Source: Glaucostegus cemiculus (Eukaryota). Taken from it: DNA of 64,000 bases. The stretch spans positions 7,068,001-7,132,000 of the forward strand of contig CDPCPM010000026.1 of NCBI GenBank assembly GCA_976551045.1, in the 5' to 3' direction. Of the stretch, positions 49,576-63,320 are shown piece by piece; position 1 is the stretch's first letter, and each line of letters opens with the position of its first letter. Under the pieces are notes generated by a model that did not search any database, was not told the origin of the DNA, and saw nothing but the letters and a program-made list of their open reading frames with translations. The position numbers and the translations under genes are program-made.

Positions 49576-51849
49576 CACTCAGTTTTTCACTAGTTCGCTT
49601 GATGAAGGATTTTATTTAAAAAATAAAGAAACACGCGGACTTGGGTATTTTCAAGAAGAGGAGGGGATCAGGTTGATTTCGGTGGTGATAGCTAAAACAT
49701 TGAACACCAGCTGGATTTGTTCGAAAGTACCGCTGTTTAGAAGTTAGATACTTTAAACTTTTGCAGTGGTCCCAGTACTTAAATAAAAGCATAAACTCGA
49801 ATGGGCCCAATTGGCATATTGTTTCAATATGTTGGATTTTACCGCAATTGGGTAATTCCCCGTCTTGAGCTCATGTTGTTAATAAAACAGTCCGCGCTTT
49901 CATGTTAATGCTTTTGAAATTATTTAATGACGCTCTTTATTTTTTTGCCTTCAATTAATCTTTGGAATTGATTACTTAAAAAAAAGAATTGATTTCTCAA
50001 CAAGCAATCTTTTAAGATAACTAGATCTTTGAAAATCATCAGATATTCGCATGTGGACTTTGGGCACCCGGGAAACAAAGTTCCACGAGGGAAAAGGCTT
50101 GGCTTGACATTTTATTTTGCGAAATCCCAACCCCTTCATCCAATTTATTGCCCTCTGGGATCAGCGACAGAGGTGCGGCCGAGTGTTGGGGGGAATTGAA
50201 GACAGCGCCCAGATAGGCAGCTATATCCTTGAAGAGACAGGTGTGTTAGTTGCTACATTCCCCCGGTAAAGGGAGGGACCTCCCTCGGCAGTCACAGTCA
50301 TGGGAGGGATACCGTTACTTAAGAATACTGGACCAACCAAACATATTCGGGCGAAGAGATTTTCGGGTCACTTCATATATCCAGAATGCTAAATATATTC
50401 CAGACTTTAGAACTAATTCCTTTAGTTCGGTGCCTGTGGTTTGAATCGGATTGACAGGAGTGAAGTCGTCGGTGGGAGGAATTGTTGTCAGCATTGACTA
50501 GTTTTCAGGTTTTGCTGCACTGCTTTGTATATTGTGTGTCTCCAGTAACAGGGATTTGTGAACCATCTGACCCGCCGCTTCATGAATAAAGAAACAATTA
50601 TTAGACCTTATGGTTGTAGATTCTCTGTAACGTTGGAGGAAGTTCCCCCAGTAATATTGGACCGAATGGCATTGAATCTCACTTTATAAAGGGAAGTGAA
50701 AAGTTCGGAATGTCAGTACAGAAATGCTTATTTGGAACATTGGATTTTTCAATCACACCTTGTGGAGAAATCAAATGTGTGTGTCCGGGTACATTGGGAC
50801 CAATTACCGGGAAGCTCAGGGGCTCACTGCGAAGGCTGGGGAGTGATTTAACGCACCTTTGCATCGATTGGGTTCTCTGATTGGTTGAAAATGAAGGAAT
50901 CGTTTAAAGTATTGCAAAGTTGAAAGTGTTCACCTATAAGTTTATTTGAATATATCTGTTTTCAGCGATCAAGAAAAAAATCACGAAATAGCCACAGTAT
51001 AATTCTGACTTTCTCCAGCGAGAGTGAGCGGGTTGTAAATTGCCGCGACCTTCGAGTTAGGACACTAAATGTTTGAGACTTCAGTAATGATACCATAAAA
51101 ATATGTACTCGTTACATGTAACACTGCTGGTGGGTTCCATGTTGTGCTGGGCAAGTAGCGATCACTTGCAGTGAAGAAAAACCTTTAGACTTTATTTTCA
51201 GTTGGCTTATCGAGACGATGTTCTTACCATCAATAATTCCAATGTAGAATATTTAAGAACAAGTGACTCGAATTCGAAAATATTTTTGCATCGTAGCAAA
51301 GTATCCTTAGCCATGCATTACGTTGAGAAGTGGAAATAACTAATCCAAAAATGACGAAAGGGTGGAGGGCGATCTTTGAAGTGAAGTGAATATTTAGCCC
51401 CTCGTTTCTTACATTTCCTTGTGCAAATTCCAACCCAGGCAGTGGTTAGATTCATAGGTCAGGATGTGTGTAATATTGGTTTATGGCATTCCAAGTCCTA
51501 TCTTTTCTTTTGTGATCTGGGCCTGCAAGTACCGACGCTGACACACACACACAAAATCAGCTTGTTTTCAGACTTAAAGTACTCATATGTTCTTTACCGT
51601 GCTAACACATGTATAACAGTTCTTCCTCCCACCAAGTCCATAGGCAGATAAAGGACAAGTTCAGGAGATAAAGCCAGGATGATATCATTAGCCATAATTA
51701 TTGGGTTTGAGATTCTACTATTGAGACGTATAAAGGAAATTAATGATTGACTGAAATTGGAACAGAAGTACTTGGAAAAATGAACCCTGGACTTACAGTT
51801 TAGAAATTTGCGGATAAACTGCTGTAATATGAGATCATTTGGTAAATGT

Positions 51850-52305
51850 CAGCCTCAGCACCATTATTTCTGAGTCAGAAAGGCAGGGTTTCGACTTCTT
51901 TCCAGGGGTTTGAGCACACAATCTAAGGCTGAGACTTTACACTCTCAGATGGCATGCTAAGCTAAGGCCCCACTGGCTGATCAGGCAGATGCAAAAATTC
52001 AAGTGCACTACTTGAAGAAGTGTCCCCACTGTCCTGATCAACACTCCTAACCAGCATATGAAATACATTAAGTGCTGGGAGCATTGGACAGGCCAGGCAG
52101 TGTCTGTGGAAAGAGAAGTAGAGTCAGTGCATCAGTTTGAACACCTTCTGTCAGAGTTGGATTAGATTGTCTGGATAATTGGTTTGTGCAATTTTGCAAT
52201 GTAGACATTGGCATTTTAACAGGAACTACATTTTAAAAATAATACTTAATGACTTTGGGATGTAATCAGGCTGTGAAAAGTGTTATGCAATTATGAGTTG
52301 TTTCT
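51850..52305 (+). mobile_element. Deu-SINE interrupted by a Penelope terminal fragment (~52065-52160)
   Basis: TCTGAGTCAGAA..GGGTTTCGA head, TTGAGCACACAATCTA.GGCTGA, GCACTACTTGAAGAAG; insert CAGGCCAGGCAGTGTCTGTGGAAAGAGAA; tail CTTTGGGATGT...GTGAAAAGTG. Confidence 0.6.
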
Positions 52306-53121
52306 TATTTTCCAAATCAACAGGTACTCCTTGTGCAAATGAAATCATACAGCATTGTTCTTGTAAATATTGGTTTGGATTTTAGTGTTGCCATTGTGCC
52401 ACAAAACTGATGACAAACTCTGGACTGTATACCAATGTAGTTAAACACAAACGTACAGAAGCCACTGCTGGTGATCCTTGATTTTCCATGGTGTATGCTA
52501 TTTTGTCGCCTTCTCCAGCTTACTCTTCATAAATCACCTAAAGGTGACTCTCCTTATAAAATACCCCAAATGGATTATATTTTGTTGTATGGTGCAGGTA
52601 CATTTTATGAAGTAACAACCTACTTGCAACCACCTGGACTGCAAATCTAATTTTATATCTGTGGATTGTAATCGTCTCAAATAAATATTTCAAGATTTAA
52701 AGGATCTTATAAAATAAGAATGCTTATATTTTTTAAAGCTGATTTACAATTATCTGTGACGCAATCTTTATTTTGTTTAAAATATTGCTGGATTGTTGAT
52801 GAACACCAATGTTCCCACAGAACTGAGACATCAATCAATGTCAGGAGTAGTGAAGTCCATGCCAGAGAAGTCTCTAGATCTTCATGGATAGGTTTCCAGA
52901 CCAATGTCTGTGATTGCCCAGGAAGGCAAATGGTTCTTGGAAGTCAGTTACCAGTCATTTTCCTGAAATATGAAGCATATATTTTGATTTTAAATGACAG
53001 ACCATCCTATATATCTTCTTGTGTACTTGCTGAAATCATCCAAAAATGTTGCTTCAACATGCTGAGTTATCCAAAAATTGTAATTTCCCTTGATCTCATG
53101 GTATGTGTTTTCAATTGGATT

Positions 53122-53523
53122 GCCTAATGAGGAAAGGTTGGGTTGGCTATGCTTGTAACTACTAGAGGTTAGAAGAAGGAGAGGTGACTTGATTGAAATA
53201 AGGAAGATCCTGAGAGGTCCTGATGTTTCCTTTTATTTGAAAATCTAGAACTAAATGTGACTGTTTACCCATAAGTAGTCACCCATTTAGGAAAGAGAGG
53301 AGGTGATTCTTTTTCTCTCAGTCTCTGTTCTAACATCAGAAGCAGGTTTTGAATGTTTTTTAAGGCAGAGGTGGGCAACTTCTTGATAAGCAAAGTAATG
53401 AGATTACTGTACGCAAACAGGAATGTAGAGTGGATATTACAATTAGATCAGCCATGTTTTCACTGAATACAGGAGCAGGCTTGTGGGGTCAATTGGTCAA
53501 TTCTTGCCTAGTTTTATATGTTC
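53122..53523 (+). mobile_element. CR1 LINE 3' fragment
   Basis: EERL..L....LE.RRRRGD-like motif; AGATCAGCCATG...GGAGCAGGCT tail. Confidence 0.75.
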
Positions 53524-55429
53524 ATTGGGAGACCACTGGTAATTGTTGGATGCTTGGCAGTCCTAACACATGAGATTAAAAACGAGTGATTATTTTAATT
53601 CTCAGTGGAGTATTTATCAGTAAGTGGAATATTGGGCATTGTTGTTTTGTATGTTAATACAAAATAGGATTTACCTTTTATTTATTTATTGTCTAATAGA
53701 ATGAGGCTACTTCCCAGAGCCATGAAACACAAATGAGATTTTGGCTATAGCTCAAGGCAAAAATGCTCTGTTCTTAGCAAACAGGTATTAGCACAAGTGG
53801 AACTCAAAATGGTTGTGAAGAAATATAATATCATCCATTTATTATTTGGATACTTTGATTGATCAAGAATGGCTTGATGACCTAAAGCAAAAATGTACAT
53901 AAAGCCACTCAATAGGCACACATTATACAAATGTTCTACTGCTAATTTGCACATCTCAGTTTATCAGGTTGTGTTCCACCAATAAAATGTTCTTGAAATT
54001 GTTTTATTACATCACAGCTTCTTTCAGATATATAATGTTAATATCTACACATTCATAGTGATATAATTTATGGGCATTTATTTAATAAACCTAATGGTAC
54101 ATATAATAACAGAATGAATTTTGTGCCCCACATTAAAAATTGAGCTTCATACTGTTCCAAAAATTAATGCACTGTTAAGGACGTTTTAGTTATTCATCTG
54201 ATTGTATGCATCTCAGTCCTTTTTCTGGCAGCTTCACACTGGCTGCTCACCAGCCACAAATGTAAGGTTTATTTCAACACATTGGCATTCAAACATGTTT
54301 TTGTTTAGATTTTTTGTATCGCAATGGAAAACAGTGAGAAGTTGCTTCACAGACAATGCATTCCATCCAGGCCTTCCCAAGCATGAGGTGCTAGATGACA
54401 GTATATGTTTCATGTGTGTGAAGGCCGTGTCAGTGAGATCTGCTATTCAGATTTTTATATCACTGATACCTTCAGTGGAGTGAAGTTTCTACCTTTTTGA
54501 CATTACAGTGCTTGTTTGCTGTTACAGTTCTCTTTTATTTGTATAAAGACATCCTACACATCCTGTACATAGCAACCTAGCTAGTGAGTTCTTTATAAAA
54601 CAAACAGAGACACATCATTTGATATTATGGCAACGACTAGAACACTTTACAAACAATGTGAAAAAAGAAGTATCAGTAATGTATTTACTTTACAAGTTAA
54701 ATAAGCAAGCAGGTACCACAGTAGTAGATTGAGGAGTTAATCCTGTTTATAAGCAGATCCTTAATAATGTGCTTTATCTACATCAGTTTTTCAGCTAAGA
54801 AAAAGGAAAAAAGGAACAAGAAATGGCAACTTGGCCATCTATTCTCATTCTGAATAATAAGAAGTATTGTGTTATTGCTTACACTCACCATAAACTCAAT
54901 ACCCTTGATGTAACCTTCATGGAATATATAAACTATAGCACAGCCACAGGCAAAGGCGTGTGTTCTAAACACAATAGGATGACAATAAGACTTGACATTT
55001 GCATTGAAGACAATCAAGATTGAATTGCATCACTTATTATTATAGAGGGTGCACAAAGATACAAGAGGCAGAACCAACTGTTCTATTCAATTAACTGTGC
55101 TCCAGATTTTTTTTGGCACAACTTTCCTACTATTTATCTCTGTTGTTCAAAATTATTGTTGAGTGCCAAGTTAACTGAAAACCAAACATGTTCCACTGGT
55201 GCATTCACAATGTATCCACTGAATGACAACCACAGAGACCAAGAAAGTTCCAAACTGGGTTATGTGGAGTAAGTTCAGCACACACAATTGCTCTAAAAAT
55301 GTTCCTTGATTTGGGCGGGGAAAGCTGGTCAAAGTTTTTGTGTTTTATTAGCACTCAGTGACACCTACTGGAATTGAACACATTAGTGATTGGTGCAGAC
55401 AAGATTAGACCAGACTTTAATGTAGGTGT

Positions 55430-55728
55430 GGTAGCACGGTAGTGTAGTGGTTAGTGTAACACTATTACAGTGCCAGTGACTGGGGTTCAATTCCTGCCGC
55501 TGTCTGTAAGGAGTTTTGTACATTCTCCCCGTGTGGGTTTCCTCCGGGTGCTCCAGTTTCCTCCCACACTCCAAAGACATAAAGGTTAGGAGCTGTGGGC
55601 ATGATTTGTCGGCACCAGAAGAGTGGTGACACTTGCGGGCTGCCCCCAGCACATTCTCAAATAATGCAAAAAGACACATTTCACTGTGTTTTCAATGTTC
55701 AACTAATAAATAAATATTTAATATTTAT
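55430..55728 (+). mobile_element. V-SINE with non-CR1 tail (same subfamily as 23826-24131)
   Basis: Head GGTAGCACGGTAGTGTAGTGGTTAG, B-box GGTTCAATTCC, V-domain, tail GGTGACACTTGCGGGCTGCCCCCAGCAC...ATTTCACTGTGTTTTCAATG...CTAATAAA. Confidence 0.88.
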
Positions 55729-55831
55729 CCATGATTGTTGAGAATCATACATAAGGGATAGCCATAGGTGCTGGAGAGGAATTGGCACTTGCATAACTCT
55801 ATCCCAATAAGGAGGAAAGGGGGAGAAAGTT

Positions 55832-56004
55832 AGAGTCATAAGGTTGTACAGCATAGAAACAGGCCCTTCAGCCCACTGCAGTTATGCTAACCATCAGACC
55901 CATCTATACTAATCCCATTGCATGCATTAATTCCATATTCATCTATGCTTTGCTCATTCAAGTACCTGTCCAGATGCTTCTTAAATGTTGTTCCTGTTCC
56001 TGCT
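55832..56004 (-). mobile_element. CR1 3' end
   Basis: TAGAGTCATA...ACAGCATAGAAACAGGCCCTTCAGCCCA...CTGTCCAGATGCTTCTTAAA. Confidence 0.8.
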
Positions 56005-57429
56005 AGTTTAGTAGAGAAAAGTTCAAAAATATTGGAAGATGTTTTCACAACACCACTGGGTTTCAGTTAGCTACTTTGACAGAGTATCTAAAAAAGTAAA
56101 TATAAAGAATGTGATTTCCATCTCTATAATGAAAAGTAAGACCATTTTTTTTACTATGGTTAGGTACTCTCAGCTCAGGCCTTCTTAATTTACAGAGCAA
56201 ATTCCTGCATTATGATCAAAGCATGCGGATGCAATGAACTAATGCTGGTCAACCATGGAAAGCTGTGTCTTCCCTGGAAGTTTTGTCCATTTTAAAACCA
56301 AAATGATCACAACTGAAATCTCTGTCACTGTCTTACTGTCTTCCCTAAAGAGCGTCTACTTAATTACCTGCCAGTTTGTTTTTGTACAGTTGCGTAATTC
56401 GCAAACATATACCAAACACTGGATTGCTTCCAAAAAATCTTGATTAGGAGTAATCATAAAGGATTTACAGGTCTCCTCTTGAGAATGATCTGGGACCCTA
56501 GGTGTAGTGTAAGGGTGCCTCTGGTAACTCCGCATACTGTACTCTTTAGCCAATCAGTAATTGCCTATTTTGGACAATACAAAGGACAGAGTATAGTTTA
56601 AAAAAAATTAAGAATAAGCCATTACGTCTGCTTCTATGGGCCAGACTTACTAACAAGTATAACCTGGCAGCTATCGCAAGATGTTTGCTTTGGTCTTTGG
56701 AAACTGTTGCACAATAACTTACAGATTGACCCACTTACCAGCAAGTCACTTAAAAGTAATTTACCTCCACATGAAATCTTGACAATAGCAGAGTCTTGTG
56801 CATGGAAAACTCTACCTGTTTTTAATCTTTAAAATCCTAGTTAGACTCCTTTTAACTGAAGAGCATTTTTTTTGAAAGACCAAAGATCATGTGGCATGGC
56901 ATAACCTGGGAGACGGGAGCCAAAGGCAAAAATAAGGTCAATTAGGAAGCAATAGCTTGAGTCTCCACGTGATAACTCAGGTTTTATTTAATAAAAGAAA
57001 CAGTTCCCACAGGAATAGAGTCACCTTTTTAAAAATGATGCCACAGTTTATCTATAATAAAAAATGTGTGCAGTGCTGTTAAAAGGTATTATAAATTAGA
57101 GGACAGTGGCTTACAATAATCTTCCACTCTGCAGTAGATATATTCATTCATGACTCATCACTTGTGGCTTACTAAAATCATGTTGTGAGGTATATTGTGA
57201 AACCATGGTTCCAAATTACATTTCTTTGATGTATTTTAAAGAGGTTGAAGGGCTGTGGTAAGCCTAGACACCAGGAGCTAAAGTGATTATTGCTCTAATC
57301 ACTTGATGTATTATTTGTGTTTTCTTTTGGTTTAAGCAGTGATGTATCTGCAAGTGCAGAATGTTGCTTGAAAGTGAGGTGGTAAGGGATATATAAGTGC
57401 AAAATAAGAAAACAGACCTTAATGAGTCA

Positions 57430-57815
57430 TAGTGCTCTCCTTTCTGAATCTGGTGGTGTGTTTTCAAGTCCCATTCCAGAACCTTGATCACATAATCTAG
57501 GCTAGCATTTCAGTGGTGCACTGCAGGAGGTGCTGTCCTTCGAATGAAACGTTAAACCAAAACACCGCCTTCCCTCCCAGGTGGACATAGAAGACCACAC
57601 AGCAGTATTTCCAAAGCAGCTTGGGAAATTTGCCTGACCAACACTTATCCTTTACTCGACATCATGACAGCTGATGATCAACATTTATTTCATTGATGTT
57701 TGTGAGCATATTAAATGCACTTCACCTGTAGTACAAGAGTGACCCCATTGATTATGAAGCATTTTTACACAGTCTTAAGTTGTGAAGGGTGTTTATGTGA
57801 TTTTTATACCTTTTT
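57430..57815 (+). mobile_element. Deu-SINE, near full length
   Basis: TTCAAGTCCCATTCCAGA.CTTGA.CACATAATCTAGGCT...GGAGGTGCTGTCCTTCGAATGAAACGTTAAACC...CAGGTGGAC (Deu core). Confidence 0.8.
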
Positions 57816-59086
57816 CTTCTTTTCTAATTCTGAACTGGTGTCCAGACTTTGAAAGTACATGAAAAGATGTGGTAAATTACAAATAACTTTTCAGTTTTAA
57901 GTTTAATTTCTCTGATTATTTATTTGAATAATCAGACACCATGCATTTTTTAAACTTGGAAATCAGACATTGTTGTAGCCTGTATCAATTGTTGATGACA
58001 CCCATTTTATTCATCTCTCAGAACACACTATTAGAACAGTTATGCAACTGGGAATTTGGCCATGAAAACCAGTTTTTAAAAAATGTCTGTGCATCAATTT
58101 TGATCAAAATAAAAGTTTGCAGCTGTAATTTATGCTGTGAAATGCCTTTTGCTTTCTTAACACTGGAGTTTTGTTGGCAGTTAATTAGCAGAGATGTTGA
58201 TTTTGTCAGGCTGGATAACTCTGCTTGCGATCTAGAGAGGTTCTGTTACATCAGGAAGATATCCTTTACAGTGGATAAACACCTACTTTATGCACCCACT
58301 ACTGTCTTTTTTGACAATTAATATAAAAAAATGACAGTAGTTTGGCACTTTTGTGACATTAAATGTCTCTGCATTCCAGTGATTTCAAAATATATAAGGA
58401 TTAATAGTGAATGAACTAGAAATAATATGTCTAATATGGTTTCTGATTTGAGTAATTATAAACAAGTTGTGAAATGATGGTAAAAATCTAGAGCTAATTT
58501 AGAAGAGTATTACTATTACAGTATTTCAAAACCTTAGCCCTGGGGTAGAACAGATATAAAACTAGTATAAATAATAATTATAGAGGCATTTCTTATCCTT
58601 GGTGGTCTCTGCAGATGACATTTCAAATTTTGAAAGAACTCCTCCCCTTTGAAGGAATGCCACTATTTCAGGTTTTAAGATGTAGAGCTATGTAGCCTCA
58701 TTCCCCTAAGGTTTCGTTTGATTTCTTTTAAATGTAGCATGCTCATTTTAAAATGTTGAGAGTACCACAGCTTAGTTTCAGCTGCTCCTACCTGCCTCGG
58801 TGCACCTGTTCGTGTACAAATGTATTGTGGCTACTGATAGCTTAGGGTGCACAGCCGCTATTACCTCAGGCAACCACGTTAACAGTAATTGGTCCAGCAG
58901 AGTTACCCACAGCTTTTAATTATTTTCTTAAAGAAGAACCTGCCAATGCAAAGACTATTTGAAAAATTATTCTTTACTTTGGCAGATTACTATTCACAAT
59001 GCAATCGCCAACAAATCCTGCCTAAGGCATACCGCATCTTTAATGCTGTGAACTGTCCATGAAAGGTTCATTGCAGTCAAGATGAA

Positions 59087-59160
59087 GAACAAACTTCCAT
59101 TTATATAGTATCTTGCACATCCTCAGGGCATCCCAAAGCACCTTACAGCTAATGAATGAA
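59087..59160 (-). mobile_element. L2/Deu-SINE 3' tail
   Basis: ACTTCCATTTATATAG...CCTCAGGGCATCCCAAAGCACCTTACAGCTAATGAA. Confidence 0.65.
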
Positions 59161-61149
59161 TTGTAATTGAAAGTCTCCTCAGCACTCCAAACATGCTGGG
59201 GCAGTTAACTACCAACCATCATACGTATATACTGGCTTGTGAGGTGGCATGCAGCACTTTTTCAGTTTATAAGAAAATTACACTGCTCTACTTATTTTTG
59301 TTCATTTCACTTCTCTTTTCAAATGTCTGTTTCCATCAAAATATGTCAGAATTAATAGTGAACGAACCAAAGGCACTCAGAAAAGGTAAATGACTAGTGA
59401 TTAACATCTCATTTCACTCAATTTAATTTGCATTGCATTGAAGTCACTGAGGTATATAAGAGGTGACCATTTGGTTTGCACTGTGTGTGACATAATGAAA
59501 TAGTGCAAAAGCACTTTTTCCACAAACATCTTTTTCAAAAAGAAATATAGTATGCAGGCAAGGATAGACAACATAAATATACATTTATTGTTCAGACATA
59601 ATTAATCTCCAGTTAAGTTGGGGATTGTACAACATTGCAGGGTATCAAACTCTTGAACTTTTGGCCAGATTTTTTTTTGAATAATGCACACAGCAGGTCT
59701 TTATTTTATTCATTTCTCTCTCCTAATTAGGGTTGGCTGATTGGAGAAGTGACTATATATCTGAATAGAAGTAAGGAGAAATGTTACGGAAAAATGAGAT
59801 ACCACCAATGTGTCATTTATATGTGGAAAGTAATGACAGTCTACTTTTGTATGTTTGAAATGACAAGGCATTATTTTCAGTACATATAGAAATATCTGGT
59901 AAAGTATTTAAGGTCTGTTTTAAAACTCACCAAAATTTGTGCCAAAATAAACTTGCATACTTTTATTTTACAATTATGTTGCGATGCTCAATTAAGCTGA
60001 ATGAGAAAACTTAAGTTGAGTAATATAGCTAAAATTTAAGTATGAACATAAATTTGCTTTGGATTCTAGGTGTAAGAATGGATTATAGGAACATAAAAAT
60101 TCATGATGTGCCTTATTAGATATCAATACAGGTACATATGTGGTAGGATTTATAAAATAACTAGCCCCATTAAAAATTTGGCACTTCTTTTTGTACATCT
60201 ATTGGAATTACTATCAAATCATGTTCAGATTATCAGTGCTAGATACTCTGAATTTCAGGGAGCACATTTCAACTACAACATCCTTTACAAGTGATCAGGA
60301 ATAAATTTACTCATATTCTTTTTTAAAAAAGAAAATCAATGCAAAAGACAGCTGCAGTCAAGGTTACCTTTCCACTTCAGCCATTATTAGATGAGAAAGA
60401 ACATAAACTGATCTACTTTATTTTTATTTCATAAGATATGATTTCAAAATTGCTAAATCCAGCCAACATCACTTTTAATAAAAATGTTCACTGAATGACT
60501 TTGTTATAGCATCAAAGAAAAAAATTAAGCAGGTTTGTTAAACACTGTCTATAAGGAATAAAATAATCATGGATGCTTATATTCCCTTTTGCATCCAGCA
60601 GGATTCTCTAATATTAAGCAAATGGAAACGTTAGCTGACATTTTGCTTAGAGCTACACCAGGACTATTTCCATCAGGACACAGTGTCATTCATTTATTCA
60701 CACACAAAAGTATGTCCTTGTGGCTAATGAGCAATAATCAACACTGGCTTGACTTTATTCTTTCGCTCCTAGCAATGTTAAATACTGTGATGCAATCCCT
60801 TTGCTGAGACACAAGAGAATATGATTGAGAAGCAATGAAGCAAAGCCTCAATCCAAAAGCCAGAGCTCAGCTTCCATTGTCACTCAATCCACTTTATGTT
60901 TTTATTGCTTTTTGGTACAGTTCTGCAAGGCACGCCAAAGTGAAAAAAATAATTTTATACAGTGTTCATCAGTTTTCTTAAAGGAAGAAACAATGATGGC
61001 ATAACTAAGTTGAATGATATATTCTTCATATTGTGTGAAGATATGTATGTTTATCTTCTCACAAGGTTTAAAATGGAAAGATGCCACCAGCAATAATTCA
61101 AATTAGAGAAAATTCAAAAGTAAATAAAACTGTGTTGTTTGCAAATGCC

Positions 61150-61900
61150 TTTTCCATGCTCAGAAAAACAAAGACTAATGTTTGGTGTTTCTCAACCTCA
61201 TTCCAACTTCACCCATTGTTTACTGGCATCATGAACAGCTAGCACATTCACCCAGTGCTTGCCTAAGCCCCAGGATGAACAAATGTCATCTCTATTGTGT
61301 TGTTGGCCGAGCTTTGAAGCCACCGCAGTTCTTTGTCTGCCCTACTAATCCGTTTATTAGGCTCTCCTGATTGTTCTTTCTGAATATCACTACAAAAGCT
61401 TGTCTTGTGAACAAAAATGTCAGTGTCAAAAGAAGGGATATGCAGCAATTCTGAGCACAGAAGACCTGTGCTACAACTTTCCAGGAGTAGTTGATGCTGA
61501 GACTGACACAAAGGGTGGATAAGATTCTATTCTTCAGGCCGAGCTCCTTTAAGAGAAGAGGACAGTGATTTTGTGGCCTTTGTTGCCGAAAGGAAGGAGC
61601 AGGATTCTCCCACTGAATTGGAATAGTAACAAGTGGGACTGGGACCTCTTTGGCTTTTGTAGTGCACTCATCTGAGAGACTGTGCTTTTCTCAGCCCTTC
61701 AGATTTATTTTTCCAAAGTTACAGGGCAATTATGGAAATGTGCCCTTTGAAGCTCAGCCGATTTCTCTTTATTTTCTTCCTCCTGACAAAGCAAAGCTCT
61801 CCTCGCAGCTCAATATTTTTTCGGCAAGTAGGCAATCATTACATGAGGGTTCTGAGGAGTCACTCCAGCAGTCACTTGACCAATGATAAAAAGTTTTAAT
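61150..61900. promoter_or_regulatory. Candidate downstream CNE block
   Basis: Unique, balanced-GC, repeat-free; Sox/TCF-like CTTTGT and CTTTGAA plus TGACA motifs. Confidence 0.4.
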
Positions 61901-63320
61901 AAATGTATGTTAAAAGACAGCCTTTGAATGTAATGGGAAGGAAGTGGAATACAACACCGGTTGAGTGACAGCTAGAAATGGGTTCATGTAAGCTACGTGT
62001 TAGTACATGTCATCTTTCCTATGAACAGGCCCCAGTGAGCTAAGATTGCAGATGACTGCCAGGCATGCAATATGTTTGGCAAAATCATCAGGTCTGCTGC
62101 CGTAAGTTCCTGCCATGCCAACATATTTGTCAGCACTACAAATTTAGCAGAATGAATACTCTACTCTCCACGCCACACATCTGACAAGTAGAAGACAATC
62201 AGTAGCTCTGTACTTTCTCATCTTTGTACTTTATTTATCACTGTCGTACAGAATCTCGCCATACTACGTGAACTAGGGAGACATTTTCTCCTCTTCTTGA
62301 TAGGTTGAAGTTGAGGAAGCACAACACAGGTTATTCTGACCAGCTGAAGGCTGAGAGGAAAATTATGGAAAATAATGTTGCAACCACATGAGGTATTTGT
62401 ACACCACTACTCTGCAGTGCAATTATTCCACAGCTGTGCTATGCAATGCATTCTTAATTTTCTGCTTGGTTTTAACAGTTCAAACTGACATTTTTTAGCA
62501 ATGATTGAAAGATAGGGAAAAAACTATCAAGATCAGGTTTGTCACTACTAATTTTTTGCACCAGAAATAGGAACAAATTTTGCTTTGGAGAGCTATACAA
62601 CACAATATCTAATTGTTTGCATGCTTTGAATTCATATTAAATGCACCTGGATTCTTCAAGCAAATGTTTCAGTCTAATCAAATAGAAGAGCAAAGCATGA
62701 AGGACAAAGGGGAAAATAAAACATCAGCGGCATTTTAAAATGGGTGAGAATCCATTAAAAACTTTCCTTTTAAATATAAAGTTACATAAGCTCTGTGTTG
62801 CTGCTTGAATAGTAAAGAAACATGGGTTGCAGTAGATGTGTTTCTTCAAAACAGTATCCTCACCTGGCAGCCTGTCTGATTGGCAACCTCGATACCTTGG
62901 CAGACATGGAACACCAGATGAGGTGGGAGTTGGGTAACACATAAAATCATGCTGCTGTGCTAGCAGTAATAGCTGGGGGAAGGATGTGATTGCTGGTGTC
63001 TGAGAGACTGAGAAGGGTCTGGCAGGTTGGGAGACTTGTTGGTGATCACAGAATGTCCTGATTGTGATGGAGGAGGGTGACAACACTGTGAGGTGTGTCT
63101 GATCATAGGATATGCAGGTTAGTTTGTGGATAAAGGGGGAATATTCCTTCATGCAGTGCTGGGAAAGCACACCTCCTTCATGCAACAACTCTTGCTTCCT
63201 TTGGCTGCCATAGTTGGGAAACCAGCCAGAGTTGCACTTTAAATTAAGCTAAAATCGAGGAAAGAAGCCACTGTAAAGTATTTAAATGAGCAGCCAAGTG
63301 CGGGGAACGGGTTGGTTGTG

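Larger units (their letters stand above)
35370..51600. promoter_or_regulatory. Large CpG-retaining, repeat-free domain (probable unmethylated Polycomb-type DNA methylation valley) around irx3
   Basis: CG dinucleotides are visibly frequent here despite low GC and rare outside; no recognisable transposon between ~33.9 and ~51.8 kb. Confidence 0.7.

Noticed and set aside
62724-63230. 154-aa ORF / possible decayed element
   Set aside because: No convincing motif; cannot assign a family by eye
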